Below are positions 10,063 to 20,436 of a stretch of 64,000 nt of DNA, in pieces. The stretch is taken from assembly GCA_965205505.1 (NCBI GenBank), contig CBDBHB010000008.1:1184001-1248000 (forward strand). Reading direction: 5' to 3'. The notes under the pieces were generated by a model. It was not told the origin of the DNA. It saw only the letters and a program-made list of their open reading frames with translations, and made no database searches. This DNA comes from Acidobacteriota bacterium (GTDB lineage Bacteria > Acidobacteriota > UBA890 > WLXD01). Each line of letters opens with the position of its first letter. The stretch's first letter is position 1. The position numbers and the translations under genes were made by a program.

Positions 10063-10788
10063 CTACGATCCCTTGTTGTAAATCACCGGCATTTGCCCCT
10101 TCCACTTGTTCCATGTGCCGCGTTCGGTGATCAGGTCAGCCATGAAGTGACCAACGTTGATTCGACTGGTCACACCCGCATCAAAGATCGCGCTTCTAGT
10201 CGGCGAAGAATGGACTTCGTACTCCGTGACCTCGTCCTCATCGATCAAATTGTCGGGACGTACCGCAGCCCACTCGATCGCACCGTTGTTTTGGCCAATC
10301 TTGATTCGCAGATAGTCCGCAGCCATCTCATTGTCGACTTGCGGCGGCAGCACTAGCCGAAGAAGTCCGATAACGCACTTCTGGCCAAACGAAACCCTCT
10401 CGTCAAGATCGCGGTTGCTGTTGCCAGCCGTGTTCATGAGCACAAACTTGGTTGGCTGTTCGGACTCATGTGCCTTGATTGCTTTGCACAAGCGGCGAGT
10501 TGCATCGGTGACAAGCCTGCGCGGGTGCCCGTAGATACCCTTCAAGCTCATGTTGTGTCCCAGGCACGAAGCCACCGCGTCACACCCGTTGACGTGCTGC
10601 GCCATCTCGGCGTCGCTAAGGCCCAGGACGCTTGCGCGGATCATGGACAAGCTATCGTGATTCTCGAGGACTTCGGGCAGCTTGTCGGGTGATCGAACAA
10701 TCACCTTGACGTTCTGTCCGCGATTGAGCAATTGCTGCACGAGCCGCCGTCCGGTCGCCCCGCTTGCTCCAACCACGAGGGTCGTCAT
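10063..10788 (-). CDS. NAD(P)H-binding oxidoreductase (flavin reductase/SDR-like)
   Basis: VVGASGATG Rossmann motif, WAAVRPDNL, SRINVGHFM. Confidence 0.88.
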   Translation of the reverse strand: MTTLVVGASGATGRRLVQQLLNRGQNVKVIVRSPDKLPEVLENHDSLSMIRASVLGLSDAEMAQHVNGCDAVASCLGHNMSLKGIYGHPRRLVTDATRRLCKAIKAHESEQPTKFVLMNTAGNSNRDLDERVSFGQKCVIGLLRLVLPPQVDNEMAADYLRIKIGQNNGAIEWAAVRPDNLIDEDEVTEYEVHSSPTRSAIFDAGVTSRINVGHFMADLITERGTWNKWKGQMPVIYNKGS

Positions 10789-10816
10789 CGCAGCAGCTCT
10801 CTTGCCTCGGTTAGCT

Positions 10817-10845
10817 ATCTAACGTTTGAGTTCAGCCGCAGCCGG
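10817..10845 (-). other. Half attC remnant
   Basis: ATCTAACGTTTGAGTTCAGCCGC upstream of a minus-strand gene; partner arm absent. Confidence 0.5.
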
Positions 10846-10938
10846 TACGTGACTGAGGCAGCGCAGGCATCTCCGAGGCCGCCTACGCGCGTGTTGGGCG
10901 CCCTCCCGGTGCCCACCGTTGGATCTAGTCCGCTCTGA

Positions 10939-11058
10939 CGATAGGCTTCAGGCGCTCACCCACCCGGTCTCAGCAGCGCCATGGACCCCGGCACCCGACT
11001 AGGCCACTACGAGATCCTCGACCGCCTCGGTGCAGGCGGGATGGACGAAGTGTATCGT
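10939..11058 (+). pseudogene. Ser/Thr kinase leader plus first 26 codons
   Basis: MDPGTRLGHYEILDRLGAGGMDEVYR (Gly-rich loop); 27-bp leader identical to 11807-11833. Confidence 0.75.
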
Positions 11059-11100
11059 CGGTCACCCTCTCGCTTTCACCCTGAAATTAGGAGTGTTTCC

Positions 11101-11598
11101 ATGAAGAAGACCTTTACAGCAGCCGCTTGCGTTGTACTCCTCCTCGCCGTCATGGTCAGGCCAGCGTGGGCTATACGGATCTACGCGGTCGCCAACCCGG
11201 GAAATCAGATCTTCACGGATGGCCTCGCCCACTTTCTCGATCTCGGCACAGCCCTGAACGGTCAGGACTTCATGGGATTCAATACCAAGAAGAAGTCCGA
11301 GGTTGTCGTAATGTTTAGCGCTGAATGCTCGATCCAAGGGGGCCCCGGGACTTGGCTCGCCATCGACATTGTCATCGACGGTGTATCTGTAGAGCCGACG
11401 GGGAGCGCGAACGCCTTTTGCAGCGGCAATCACACGAATACGACCAGTGATGGCTGGGTCAGCGCCGCCGTGAACGTCGCAACCGTGCTCGATCCTGGAT
11501 TCCATAATGTCTCTGCCGTGGCCGAGGCATTTGGCGGAGGAAGTTTGGACTATTGGATCGGGAATCTATCCATGATAATTCTAGTGAGCAAACGGTGA
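11101..11598 (+). CDS. Secreted hypothetical protein
   Basis: AGGAG RBS, MKKTFTAAACVVLLLAVMVRPAWA signal peptide. Confidence 0.7.
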   Translation: MKKTFTAAACVVLLLAVMVRPAWAIRIYAVANPGNQIFTDGLAHFLDLGTALNGQDFMGFNTKKKSEVVVMFSAECSIQGGPGTWLAIDIVIDGVSVEPTGSANAFCSGNHTNTTSDGWVSAAVNVATVLDPGFHNVSAVAEAFGGGSLDYWIGNLSMIILVSKR

Positions 11599-11806
11599 AA
11601 TTCTGAAGCCGAGTTCGTAATGATCTCGCCGTCTCAGCCGGAGGGGCCAACCCCGGAAGATACGCCCGATTTTCACTAAGGCGTAAGTTCGCTAGCGCCC
11701 TCTCGCCACCCAGGAGCCCCTGACACCCCCTCCCCGGGGTACCCGGGCAGGCAGACAACCTGACGCTGGAGGGAAGCGGCGTCCCGTGGACCCTCGCGTG
11801 CCCCAG

Positions 11807-11981
11807 CGATAGGCTTCAGGCGCTCACCCACCCCTCTGTGGTAGCGCCATGGAGCCTGGCCCCTACGAAATCACCGAGCAGCTCGGTGCAGGCGGCATGG
11901 GAGAGGCGTACCTGGCGCAGGACACACGCCTGGGCCGCAAGGTGGCCATCAAGGTACTGTCGGAGGATTTCGACGCCGACG
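11807..11981 (+). pseudogene. Ser/Thr kinase leader plus ~44 codons
   Basis: [34 protein letters not shown] (subdomains I-II), then unrelated sequence. Confidence 0.8.
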
Positions 11982-11994
11982 CTGCCGTGGCCTG

Positions 11995-12580
11995 TTACGG
12001 ACGACTGCTTCGGCCCCGACGAGCGCGCTCCTGGCCGATGTTCGACGTGCGGCCCACCGCATTGTCCGTTTGTTTCGTCAGGAACGCTCCGGGTCCGGCC
12101 ACGGTGCCCGCCGAGATCGTGGTTTTGCCCTTGACCTTGCAAACGCAGGTGAAGACATCCGTCTGGTCATAGCTGCTCAGATCAGCGTCGTCAGTTACTC
12201 GTAAATACGTATCTGGGAAGTTCTTGCTGAACTTATCCGTTCCTTTTACGAGCTTTTTGTTGCCGATCTTCCCGGTGCACGTCATCTTCCCATTGCCGCC
12301 AACGCCCTGGTTGTTGGTGTCGAAGTATAAAGAAGTCGCAGTACGCCGTCGCGCCGCTCATCCCGGCCAGAGGGCCGACCGGGACTTCGGACGACCATGT
12401 CCCAGCGATGCCCGTGTCATCTTGGTCGGCCGTGTGGTCCTCGAAATTCCCCACGGAGAGGTTGCTGTCCTGCGGGCTGAAGCCCGCAGGCGCGTCACCC
12501 TCGCGCGCTCCGACCCAGCCAACGCCCGTAAGAGCCACCAAGACCAAGCATACGAGGAAACGCGCGGGACTCGACAAGTT
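11995..12580 (-). pseudogene. Secreted hypothetical protein split across two frames
   Basis: Signal-like RFLVCLVLVALTGVG in ORF 12233-12679 continues in the frame of ORF 11995-12285. Confidence 0.4.
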
Positions 12581-12916
12581 AGTCCTCCTGGCGCCCGGGG
12601 TCACCCTCCGTTCCCGAGGTGGGGGAGGGGGCGAACACGGCCGCCTCGTTATGGAGGGTCGGGCACGACCCTCCGCCATTTCATGCGCTCACCGGTCCAG
12701 AGCCGGCGTTCCGCCCGCGCGCCAGGCTATCAGACACCTGGAGCTGCTACCAGAAAGGTTTCGAGCCGCAAACCGTGACGTTGGGTAAGCGCCACTCGTC
12801 TGCGGGAGGCAGACAGTGCAGCTACGAAAGCACTCTTGGGAGATTGCACCGACACCGGCTAGAGGCGTCTCATACATGCATGTTCCGGGTACCAACCAGA
12901 GCCGGACTAGCTGCGA

Positions 12917-12980
12917 CCATGTGACGCTGGTCACCAACTGGTTCGACGAGCTGAAGCGGCTCGTGCCGACGGATCCGTAG
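12917..12980 (+). pseudogene. Isolated C-terminal tail of a Ser/Thr kinase-TolB family gene
   Basis: HVTLVTNWFDELKRLVPTDP-stop. Confidence 0.65.
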
Positions 12981-13183
12981 CGCGATCAGTCGAGTCTCGC
13001 GCTGCTGCCCCGCTACCTCTCCCGCGGCTCCACCCCAGCCACCTCAGCGGCCTCCAGCAGGATCGCCAACTGCTGCTCTGGGATCGCCGTCGGTGTCATT
13101 GCCAGGTTCACCAGCGACATGTCGGCCAGCGTGCGGATGTTGCAGGCCCGCAGGGCTGACAACGTCTCGGGCCAGCTGCCGTC

Positions 13184-13348
13184 ATCAGGTCGAAACCCTC
13201 CAGCGGGTACTCAAGCACGTCCGCCTCGTGGAACTCGAACGGGTAGGTTCGGCTGCGCCTTGTGGTCAACGCCGACCACCTCGTAGCCGGCACGGTGCAG
13301 ACCCATGGATGCGCCACCCGCGCCGCAGAACAGATCGAGCGCTCTCAC
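13184..13348 (-). pseudogene. C5 DNA cytosine methyltransferase N-terminal fragment (phage-type), frameshifted
   Basis: RALDLFCGAGGASMGLHRAGYEVVGVD / YPFEFHEADVL..PLEGFDL; ends before the PPCQ motif. Confidence 0.7.
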
Positions 13349-13442
13349 GCCCGCACCCTACGTGAAACCCAGGGTGCGTATAGGGTGCAGAATGAGCACC
13401 CGGAACAGGTGCGACACCCCGAAACTATTGGGTCTAAAGGGG

Positions 13443-13895
13443 TTAAAACCCCGCCAATAGTGCAGTGAGTACTCCGCGGTAAGCGAACTCCTCCGTCAGC
13501 GCCGCGGCGATCGTTGCGGCCAACCAGGCGGGGCCGGTCGCCGACACACGTCGCAGTGCCTTTCGCGCCACGTCGCGAGGCCCGAGCGGCCGCCGTGCTT
13601 CAAGATACGCCAGCGACAAGCCGCCCACCACGACGGCAGCGGCGATGAGCACCGTCACTGGCGTGAACAAGGAGCGCCACGGGATCAAGAGCTTCGCACC
13701 GACCATGGCTGGCCACGCGAGGCCAAAGACGAGAGCCTGCACGACGAGCACTTGCACGGCCATTGCTCGTGCCGTTGGCATGGGAGTCGACGCAAAGTCG
13801 GGCGAAGACAACGCGCGAGCACTCGACCAGACCAGCGCCGGCAACACCAAGCCAATCACGACCAGAAACGGCAGCGTCAGGAACACGTACGCCAA
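13443..13895 (-). pseudogene. CPBP (CAAX protease) family protein, 3'-truncated
   Basis: TM helices ending in EEFAYRG; downstream FxxxH motifs missing. Confidence 0.65.
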
Positions 13896-13944
13896 TCTCC
13901 GTGTTGCGCTGGCAGCCTAAATGCTGACTGATTCTCTTCGCACC

Positions 13945-14880
13945 CTATCCGAGCGGGAAACACGCGAGGTCATCAGCGGCGCGCAGGATCCCAGAATAGC
14001 GAGACCTCACTTCAGCGACCCCCGCCTCCAACTCCTCCGGGCTCTCATGCACGAATAAGTGGCTAAGAACTAGCTGTCGAACGGACGCTTCAGACGCCAC
14101 GCGACCCACGGTCGCCGGAGTCGCGTGAAGCTCGAGGCCGAAACCCGATGCGGTAGGCGATACGGCAAGATGCATCACGAGCGCCGTCGCATCTCTGGAG
14201 AATTCGACGAAGCGCGGATCGCTGCCATTCTGGTCGCTGCTGAACACCACACTCACCCCTCCGAACTCCACGCGGTAGGCCAGGGCAGGCACGTTGCCGT
14301 GCGGCACCGGCAGGGCCCGCACGACCAGGCCCGACTCGTCCAGGACCAGGCTAGAAGCCCTCGTCTCGATGTCGATGGTCAACGGTTCGACCAGCACCCC
14401 ACGCCCGGGACCTCCGACGGTGCCGCTAAGAACCGGGAACGCACCGTCGCCCGGATCGAATAACCGATCGAGAAAGGTCGAGAAGGAAGGGTATTCATTG
14501 CGTCCCGAGGGTCCGACCAGGGGCAGTGGTTCCTGCCGATCCGAGTCACTCAGCCAGAGGAGCCCAGCCAGATCCGTGACGTGGTCCGGATGCAGATGGC
14601 TAATGGCCAGGAGACTAAGGTCCGCCAACCGCGCTCCCGACTCACCGAAGCGTACGAATGACCCTCCCCCAGCATCCACCATGACGCGAGCGCGGCCATC
14701 GACCCACACGAGGTAGCTCGCCGACGCGCGTCCCGTTCCTGCACGCGGCCCTCCCGAGCCCAGGACCTGTACCGCCACACCACTGGAAGGACACTGGGCT
14801 TGGCCCTCGAGATCACCCGCGAAGAGGAGGCACAGGCTGCCGAGCAGGAGCGTGACCCTATGACACATGTTCCTCAGCAC
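13945..14880 (-). CDS. Secreted MBL-fold metallo-hydrolase (RNase Z/arylsulfatase-like)
   Basis: VLGSGGP, DAGGG, SHLHPDH, FSSD, LVLSH. Confidence 0.88.
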   Translation of the reverse strand: MLRNMCHRVTLLLGSLCLLFAGDLEGQAQCPSSGVAVQVLGSGGPRAGTGRASASYLVWVDGRARVMVDAGGGSFVRFGESGARLADLSLLAISHLHPDHVTDLAGLLWLSDSDRQEPLPLVGPSGRNEYPSFSTFLDRLFDPGDGAFPVLSGTVGGPGRGVLVEPLTIDIETRASSLVLDESGLVVRALPVPHGNVPALAYRVEFGGVSVVFSSDQNGSDPRFVEFSRDATALVMHLAVSPTASGFGLELHATPATVGRVASEASVRQLVLSHLFVHESPEELEAGVAEVRSRYSGILRAADDLACFPLG

Positions 14881-14896
14881 TTACTACCGAGCGCGC

Positions 14897-15667
14897 TCAG
14901 ATCCCCGCGTACCACGACCACCCGCTGTGCAGCGGTCCGCGGCTGCCCAGATCGTCGAAGTGGTCGGTGACGACGATCCGCTGGAGGAACTTCATGCTCT
15001 TGTAGCCCATCTGCGTTTCCACCCGCAGGCGCACCGGCGCTCCATGCGGAACGGGCAGGTCGCGACCGTTCATGCCGTACGCCAGGATCGTCTGTGGGTG
15101 CAGGGCATCGAGCATGTCGATGCCGTCGGCGATCGCGTCGTAGGCGTAGAAGTTGACGAAGCGGGCGCTCGGGAGAATGCCCGAGGCCTCTAGGACCTGA
15201 CGGAGCGGCACCCCGGTCCACTCGGCGATGGCGGACCAGCCTTCCTCGCACGTGTGCCTCGTGATCTGGGTGCGGGAAGGGAGCCGTTTCAGATCCGCGA
15301 GCGAGAAGGCGCGCGGCCGGGCCACGCTGCCCTCGATCGTGAGGTGCCAGTCGGCGAACCCTCCATGTCTCAGGCGGTCGTAGAGCGGCCCGCTTTCGAC
15401 GTCGAAGTAGGAACGGGTCGGGTCACCGGGATCCGTGGTGCCGATGGCGGGGGACGAGGAGATCTGTGCGTGGGTGTATTCCCGCGCCAGCGATCGTGCG
15501 GGCAGCAGCAGGCGGTGCGCCTTGTAGGTCAGCACATCGCCCATCCGCAGGAGGTTGCCGTAGGTGGGAGGGAGCTCGTCCGAGCAACCTGTCAGCGCCA
15601 GTCCAGCGACCGAGCTGAGTCCCGTTAGGAGGGCGCGACGGCGGGTGATGACCATGTCGTCTTTCAT
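14897..15667 (-). CDS. Molybdopterin-dependent oxidoreductase (sulfite oxidase/MsrP-like)
   Basis: Tat-like TRRR, HTCEEGWS, HGAPVRLR, GYKSMK. Confidence 0.9.
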   Translation of the reverse strand: MKDDMVITRRRALLTGLSSVAGLALTGCSDELPPTYGNLLRMGDVLTYKAHRLLLPARSLAREYTHAQISSSPAIGTTDPGDPTRSYFDVESGPLYDRLRHGGFADWHLTIEGSVARPRAFSLADLKRLPSRTQITRHTCEEGWSAIAEWTGVPLRQVLEASGILPSARFVNFYAYDAIADGIDMLDALHPQTILAYGMNGRDLPVPHGAPVRLRVETQMGYKSMKFLQRIVVTDHFDDLGSRGPLHSGWSWYAGI

Positions 15668-15668
15668 T

Positions 15669-16463
15669 CTATTCCCCTAGGGTCATGGCGCGTATCTGAC
15701 GACGGAAGCCGGACAGGAAGACCATCAGCACGTGGCCGACCAGAAAGAGGACCAGCGCGGCGAACAGGAAGAAGTGGATCGTACGAGCGGACTGGAACCC
15801 GCCGAACATGCCGGACAGGAACGGGTACGCAGCAGTAACCGCAGGCGACATCCCCAGACCGGTGACCACCATCAGCGGCATGCCCACGAAGACGACGCTG
15901 AGGTAGGCGCATCTCTGCAGCAGGCCGTACTGCGGCCCGCCTGTAGCGAGCCGGAACTGCCGGCGCAAATGGCGCATCAGGTCCTGCCACAGGAGCTGTG
16001 GGGTGAACTCGCCGGAGCGCGGCACAAGATGTTGCCAGAAGTGGCTCGTGACGATGCCGGTGAGCAAGTAGACGGCGCCCGTCGCCACCAGGACCCAGGC
16101 CGCCAGGAAGTGCAGGCTACGCCCCCAGCTGTTCTGGTTGAACATGTTGAAGGTGCGGTCTGCGCTCACCGGCGATTCAGCACCTTCGAAAAAGGGCTGC
16201 ACATCCTCCCAGCCACCATGTTGATAGTTCCGGCTGATCGGCAACTCGAGCAGGGCCGGCGTCAGGCTGTTGCCGACCTCACCCCAGTAAAGCCGCGGGT
16301 GGGCCATCAGGATAACGAATCCGGTGAAGGCGAGCGTCAAGAAGCTCGCAGCGGTTAACCAGTGCGTGATCCTGACCCAAAGCGTGTGCCGGTCATCTCC
16401 CGGCCGGTGCGGTGCGGGCGCCGGCGGCAAGTCATTCGGACCCGTGGTGGAACCTCTCGACAT
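15669..16463 (-). CDS. Cytochrome b/b6 domain membrane subunit
   Basis: VRITHW, RSLHF, YGLLQR, ARTIHF, GHVLM; cognate partner of the Mo enzyme. Confidence 0.88.
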   Translation of the reverse strand: MSRGSTTGPNDLPPAPAPHRPGDDRHTLWVRITHWLTAASFLTLAFTGFVILMAHPRLYWGEVGNSLTPALLELPISRNYQHGGWEDVQPFFEGAESPVSADRTFNMFNQNSWGRSLHFLAAWVLVATGAVYLLTGIVTSHFWQHLVPRSGEFTPQLLWQDLMRHLRRQFRLATGGPQYGLLQRCAYLSVVFVGMPLMVVTGLGMSPAVTAAYPFLSGMFGGFQSARTIHFFLFAALVLFLVGHVLMVFLSGFRRQIRAMTLGE

Positions 16464-16575
16464 AGCAGGCATAGTACAGGTGTGCGAAGCCAAAAGTGAT
16501 CAACGATTGAGCTGTTCGTTTCCGTGATCGCGATGAGCGCGGATGCTCGCGCGGAGACAGCGCCATCTGGCGTAG

Positions 16576-16878
16576 CTACCCTGCGCGGGCTCTCACCTCT
16601 TGGTCAAGGCGGCCGCCGAGAGCATCCTCCTCAACGTCGAGGTCGTAGTCGGCCTGCAGCCCCAGCCAGAACTGTGGAGTCGTGCCGAAATAGCGCGATA
16701 GGCGCAACGCCGTGTTCGCCGTGACGGCGCGACGCCCCAGAACGATCTCGTTGATCCGGCGAGCATGGACTCCGATGTCGAGTGCCAACCGATTCTGGCT
16801 AAGTCCCACAGGCTTCAGGAACTCCTCCTGCAACACTTCGCCCGGATGTACCGGGGACAGCTGCTTCGGGTTCGCCAC
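16576..16878 (-). CDS. higA: HigA antitoxin
   Basis: PVHPGEVLQEEFL...ALRLSRYFGTTPQFWLGLQADYDL. Confidence 0.93.
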   Translation of the reverse strand: MANPKQLSPVHPGEVLQEEFLKPVGLSQNRLALDIGVHARRINEIVLGRRAVTANTALRLSRYFGTTPQFWLGLQADYDLDVEEDALGGRLDQEVRARAG

Positions 16879-16886
16879 GGAACCTC

Positions 16887-17168
16887 CTAGTGGTAGTCCA
16901 CGATCTCGACTTCGTGCACATTGCGGTCGCGCCACACGAAGCAAATGCGCCACTGGTCGTTGATTCGGATGCTGTACTGCCCCTTCCGATTCCCGCGCAG
17001 CCGCTCGAGACGGTTAGCCGGCGGGCTCCTCAGGTCACCGAGCTCGCGGGCGTTGTTGAGCATCCGGAGCTTTCGAAGAGCGACCTGCTGGATATCCTGC
17101 GGCAGCCGACGCGAACGCTCACGAGCGAAGATCCGTGCGGCTTCCTTGTCGCGGAAGGAGACGATCAC
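16887..17168 (-). CDS. higB: HigB (RelE family) toxin
   Basis: MIVSFRDK...PPANRLERL...YSIRINDQWRICF...VEIVDYH. Confidence 0.93.
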   Translation of the reverse strand: MIVSFRDKEAARIFARERSRRLPQDIQQVALRKLRMLNNARELGDLRSPPANRLERLRGNRKGQYSIRINDQWRICFVWRDRNVHEVEIVDYH

Positions 17169-17522
17169 CGTGTCATTATATATCGCGACGCGCTAAGCGC
17201 GACAGGACCAGCGGGTGGCAGCGAAGGAGGTCGGTCGCATACGTCCTCCAAGCTCAGGGTGATGTCAGGCTTCGGCGCTTGAACGGAACTCAGAGCGCTT
17301 GCTACAAGAGAACACAACTCACGATTCGCCCCATAGCAACGTAAACACACCGACACATGCGAACCAGGCCAAGCTCGTGAGGCTAGCGACGTTCATCAGC
17401 ACTGCCGCCCAGCCTCCGGTGAGGACCGAGACTACGAAGACGCCAGACACCATACAGGTAGCGGCGCTAAGGAATCCAAGCGTAGTAATCCACCAGGGAC
17501 GTGCTCTTACGGGTAGGAACGT

Positions 17523-18371
17523 CTACTGCTTTGCATAGCGTAGAAGGGCCGCGCCAAGCAGTGTGGTCATGGTCGCGACGACCTTGGCCAGATCGAAGCG
17601 CTCCTTGAGAACGAACACTCCGATCAGCAGAGCAAAGATGATGCTGGTCTCTCTTAGTGCAGCGACAAGCGCGATCGGGGCCTGCGTGAAGGCCCAAGTC
17701 ACGAGCGCGTAGGCTGCAAAGGATGCCCCTCCGCCGATCAGAAACATGCCGCGTCCTTGGCGTACGATCTTGCCCAGAATGGCAGGGGTCGTGGCGACCA
17801 GAAACAGAGCCATGACGATTCCGTTGCCGATCGCCAGCCAGCCGTAGAAGCCAAGCGAAGTGCCAGCCACGCGCGCGCCCAGACCGTCGATCAGCGAGTA
17901 GGACGCGATGAAGGAGCCCGTGACCAACGCCAGCGTCGCAGCGCTGCCGTTGCGCTGACCGTCCGCCCGGCGCACATGCGCGAGGCTGATAATGCCAGCG
18001 CCCATGATGACGATGGCCAGGAGCTCTATCGGCGCGAGATCCACCCCAAGAACGGTCACCGAGACGAGTGCCACGATCAGCGGGGCGGAGCCACGGGCGA
18101 TGGGATAAACCTGTGTTAGATTGCCCGTCTCGTAGGATCGCAGCAGAAACAGTTGATAGCCCACATGAAGCGTGACGCCGACAGCAAGATAGGGAAGGCT
18201 TGCCAGGGCAGGCAGCGGCACGAAGGCCAGGGTGGCCATGGCGAAAGGCATATGGCCAAGGACGACAGCCCCCATCCCCATCCGCTTGTCGGCCCCGCCT
18301 TTGACCAGCGCGTTCCACGTCGCATGTAGCAGCGCGGCGCCGATAACGGCGACGAAAACACTTGCGCTCAT
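17523..18371 (-). CDS. EamA/DMT family transporter
   Basis: AALLHATWNALVK, VYPIARGSAP, AALRETS. Confidence 0.9.
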   Translation of the reverse strand: MSASVFVAVIGAALLHATWNALVKGGADKRMGMGAVVLGHMPFAMATLAFVPLPALASLPYLAVGVTLHVGYQLFLLRSYETGNLTQVYPIARGSAPLIVALVSVTVLGVDLAPIELLAIVIMGAGIISLAHVRRADGQRNGSAATLALVTGSFIASYSLIDGLGARVAGTSLGFYGWLAIGNGIVMALFLVATTPAILGKIVRQGRGMFLIGGGASFAAYALVTWAFTQAPIALVAALRETSIIFALLIGVFVLKERFDLAKVVATMTTLLGAALLRYAKQ

Positions 18372-18945
18372 ATGTAACTGCTCTCTTGATCTGCCGCGCC
18401 TAGATGTGGATGCTAGGGCATCGGATCGACCAGGAACCATCCGTTCGGATCGCTCCCAGCGTCACGTGGGCAGACCTCGTCAGGTGTGCGAAGCGGTATG
18501 TGAGCACATCTAAGCCCTATTGGCCCGCGCTTGCCAGACGCAACACGGCCACTACGCCGACCGGCGCGAGCAGCCCGAGATCACCCTAGCTTCGTGTTCC
18601 ACGCGTGCGTATCCTGCCGCCATGACGCTGCAAGGAAGGGTCGCGCTCGTCGCCGGCGCCACACGTGGAGCGGGCCGCGGCATCGCCCGGGCGCTCGGGG
18701 AGGCCGGTGCGACCGTGTACTGCACGGGCCGCAGCAGCCGCGAGACAACGGTAGATCCCAAGCGACCGGAGACGATCGAAGAGACCGCCGAGCAGGTTAC
18801 CGCCGCCGGCGGGACGGGGATCGCCGTGCGCGTCGATCACACCGAGGAGGGCGCGGTGGCGCAACTGTTCGAGCGGGTGTGACCTGACCCCCCAAAACGG
18901 ATCCAGAGGTAATCTCACGATCTGGGTCGAAAAGGGGAGGTCAGA

Positions 18946-19224
18946 ATGCCGACGAAGAGGCACAGCGCCGAGCAGATCGTACGCAAGCTCCGGGAGGCTG
19001 AAGTGGAGCTGGCGCAAGGCGGGACGGTCAAGGATGCCTGCCGCAAGCTAGCGATCACCGAGCACACCTACTATCGGTGGCGGCGGGAGTACGGGGGGCT
19101 GAAGGTCAACCAGGCCAGAAGGCTCAAGCAGCTGGAGAAAGAAAACGCCCGGCTCAAGAAACTGGTGGCGGAGAAAGAGCTCGACCTGTCGATCCTGAAG
19201 GAAGTCGCGGAGGGAAACTTCTGA
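18946..19224 (+). CDS. IS3 transposase OrfA
   Basis: [12 protein letters not shown]...[11 protein letters not shown]; GGGAAAC slippery site at its end. Confidence 0.92.
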   Translation: MPTKRHSAEQIVRKLREAEVELAQGGTVKDACRKLAITEHTYYRWRREYGGLKVNQARRLKQLEKENARLKKLVAEKELDLSILKEVAEGNF

Positions 19225-20092
19225 GCCCAGCTCGACGGCGCGAGGCGGTGGCGCATGTACAGGGGCGGCTGGGCGTCTCCGAGAGGCGGGCGTGCCGGGT
19301 ACTGAAACAACCACGCACGACACACAGGTACATGCCAAGAGAACCGGGCGATGAGCAGATGTTGACGGAGCGGATCGTGGATCTAGCCCGACAATACGGG
19401 CGCTACGGGTATCGGCGAGTGACGGCGTTGTTGCGTATGGAGGGCTGGTGGGTGAACCACAAACGAGTGCAGCGTATCTGGAGGCGTGAGGGGCTGAAAG
19501 TACCGACAAAGCAGCCCAAACGAGCCCGGCTGTGGCTCAGCGATGGCTCGTGCATCCGGCTGCGACCACAGCGCAAAGATCACGTCTGGGCGTATGACTT
19601 CGTTCATCACCGGACGCACGAGGGTCGGGCTATGAGGCTGCTGACGATCGTCGATGAGTACACACGAGAAAGCCTGGCGATCGACGTGGCACGGAAGCTC
19701 AACTGTGAGGACGTGCTCGAGCGGCTCGGGTGGTTGTTCGTGCACCGGGGCATACCTGAGCACATCCGGTCCGATAACGGACCGGAGTTCACCGCCGAGG
19801 CGGTTCGCGACTGGCTCGGTAGGCTCGGTGTGGGCACGCTGTTCATCGAGCCGGGCTCGCCGTGGGAGAACGGCTACGTGGAGAGCTTCAACGGCAAGCT
19901 CCGAGACGAGCTGCTCAACGGCGAGATCTTCTACACGCTCAAGGAGGCAAAGGTTCTGATCGAGAGATGGAGGCAGCAGTACAACCGCATGCGACCGCAC
20001 AGCTCGTTGGGCTACCGACCACCGGCCCCGGAGGCGCTGTTGTTGAAGCCGGCTACGCTCCGCTTCGCCGGCCTCAACAACCCCTTGTCAGC
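19221..20092 (+). CDS. IS3 transposase OrfB (DDE); last codons displaced by the inner IS
   Basis: [44 protein letters not shown]. Confidence 0.9.
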
Positions 20093-20169
20093 TGACCCAA
20101 ACCCCGAAAACGGTGCCAGGTTGATGTTTAGGAAATCGGTGTACCGTCGTCCTCCAAGCAGGAGGACAG

Positions 20170-20436
20170 ATGAAGCGGAAGAGGTACACGGACGAGCAGA
20201 TCGCCTACGCGCTGCGGCAGGCTGAGGCGGGCACGCCGATCAAGGAGGTGTGTCGCAAGCTGGGCGTCAGCGAGCAGACGTTCTACACGTGGCGCCGCAA
20301 GTTCGCCGGGATGGGCGTGGCCGAACTTCGGGAGCTACGACAACTCCGCCATGAGAACCGGAAGTTGAAGCAGCTGGTGGCAGATCTGAGCTTGGACAAG
20401 CACATGCTCCAGGAGGTGCTGTCAAAAAAGGTGTGA
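20170..20436 (+). CDS. IS3 transposase OrfA
   Basis: [15 protein letters not shown]...; AAAAAAG frameshift motif at its end. Confidence 0.92.
   Translation: MKRKRYTDEQIAYALRQAEAGTPIKEVCRKLGVSEQTFYTWRRKFAGMGVAELRELRQLRHENRKLKQLVADLSLDKHMLQEVLSKKV

Noticed and set aside
10939-12980. Diversity-generating retroelement explanation for the kinase repeats
   Set aside because: No reverse transcriptase in the window, and differences between copies are not confined to adenines
13914-13925. GCCTAAAT as an attC core
   Set aside because: Imperfect core and no arm structure
19077-20225. 382-aa ORF as a single novel transposase
   Set aside because: It is OrfB plus upstream out-of-frame OrfA sequence and read-through into the inner IS
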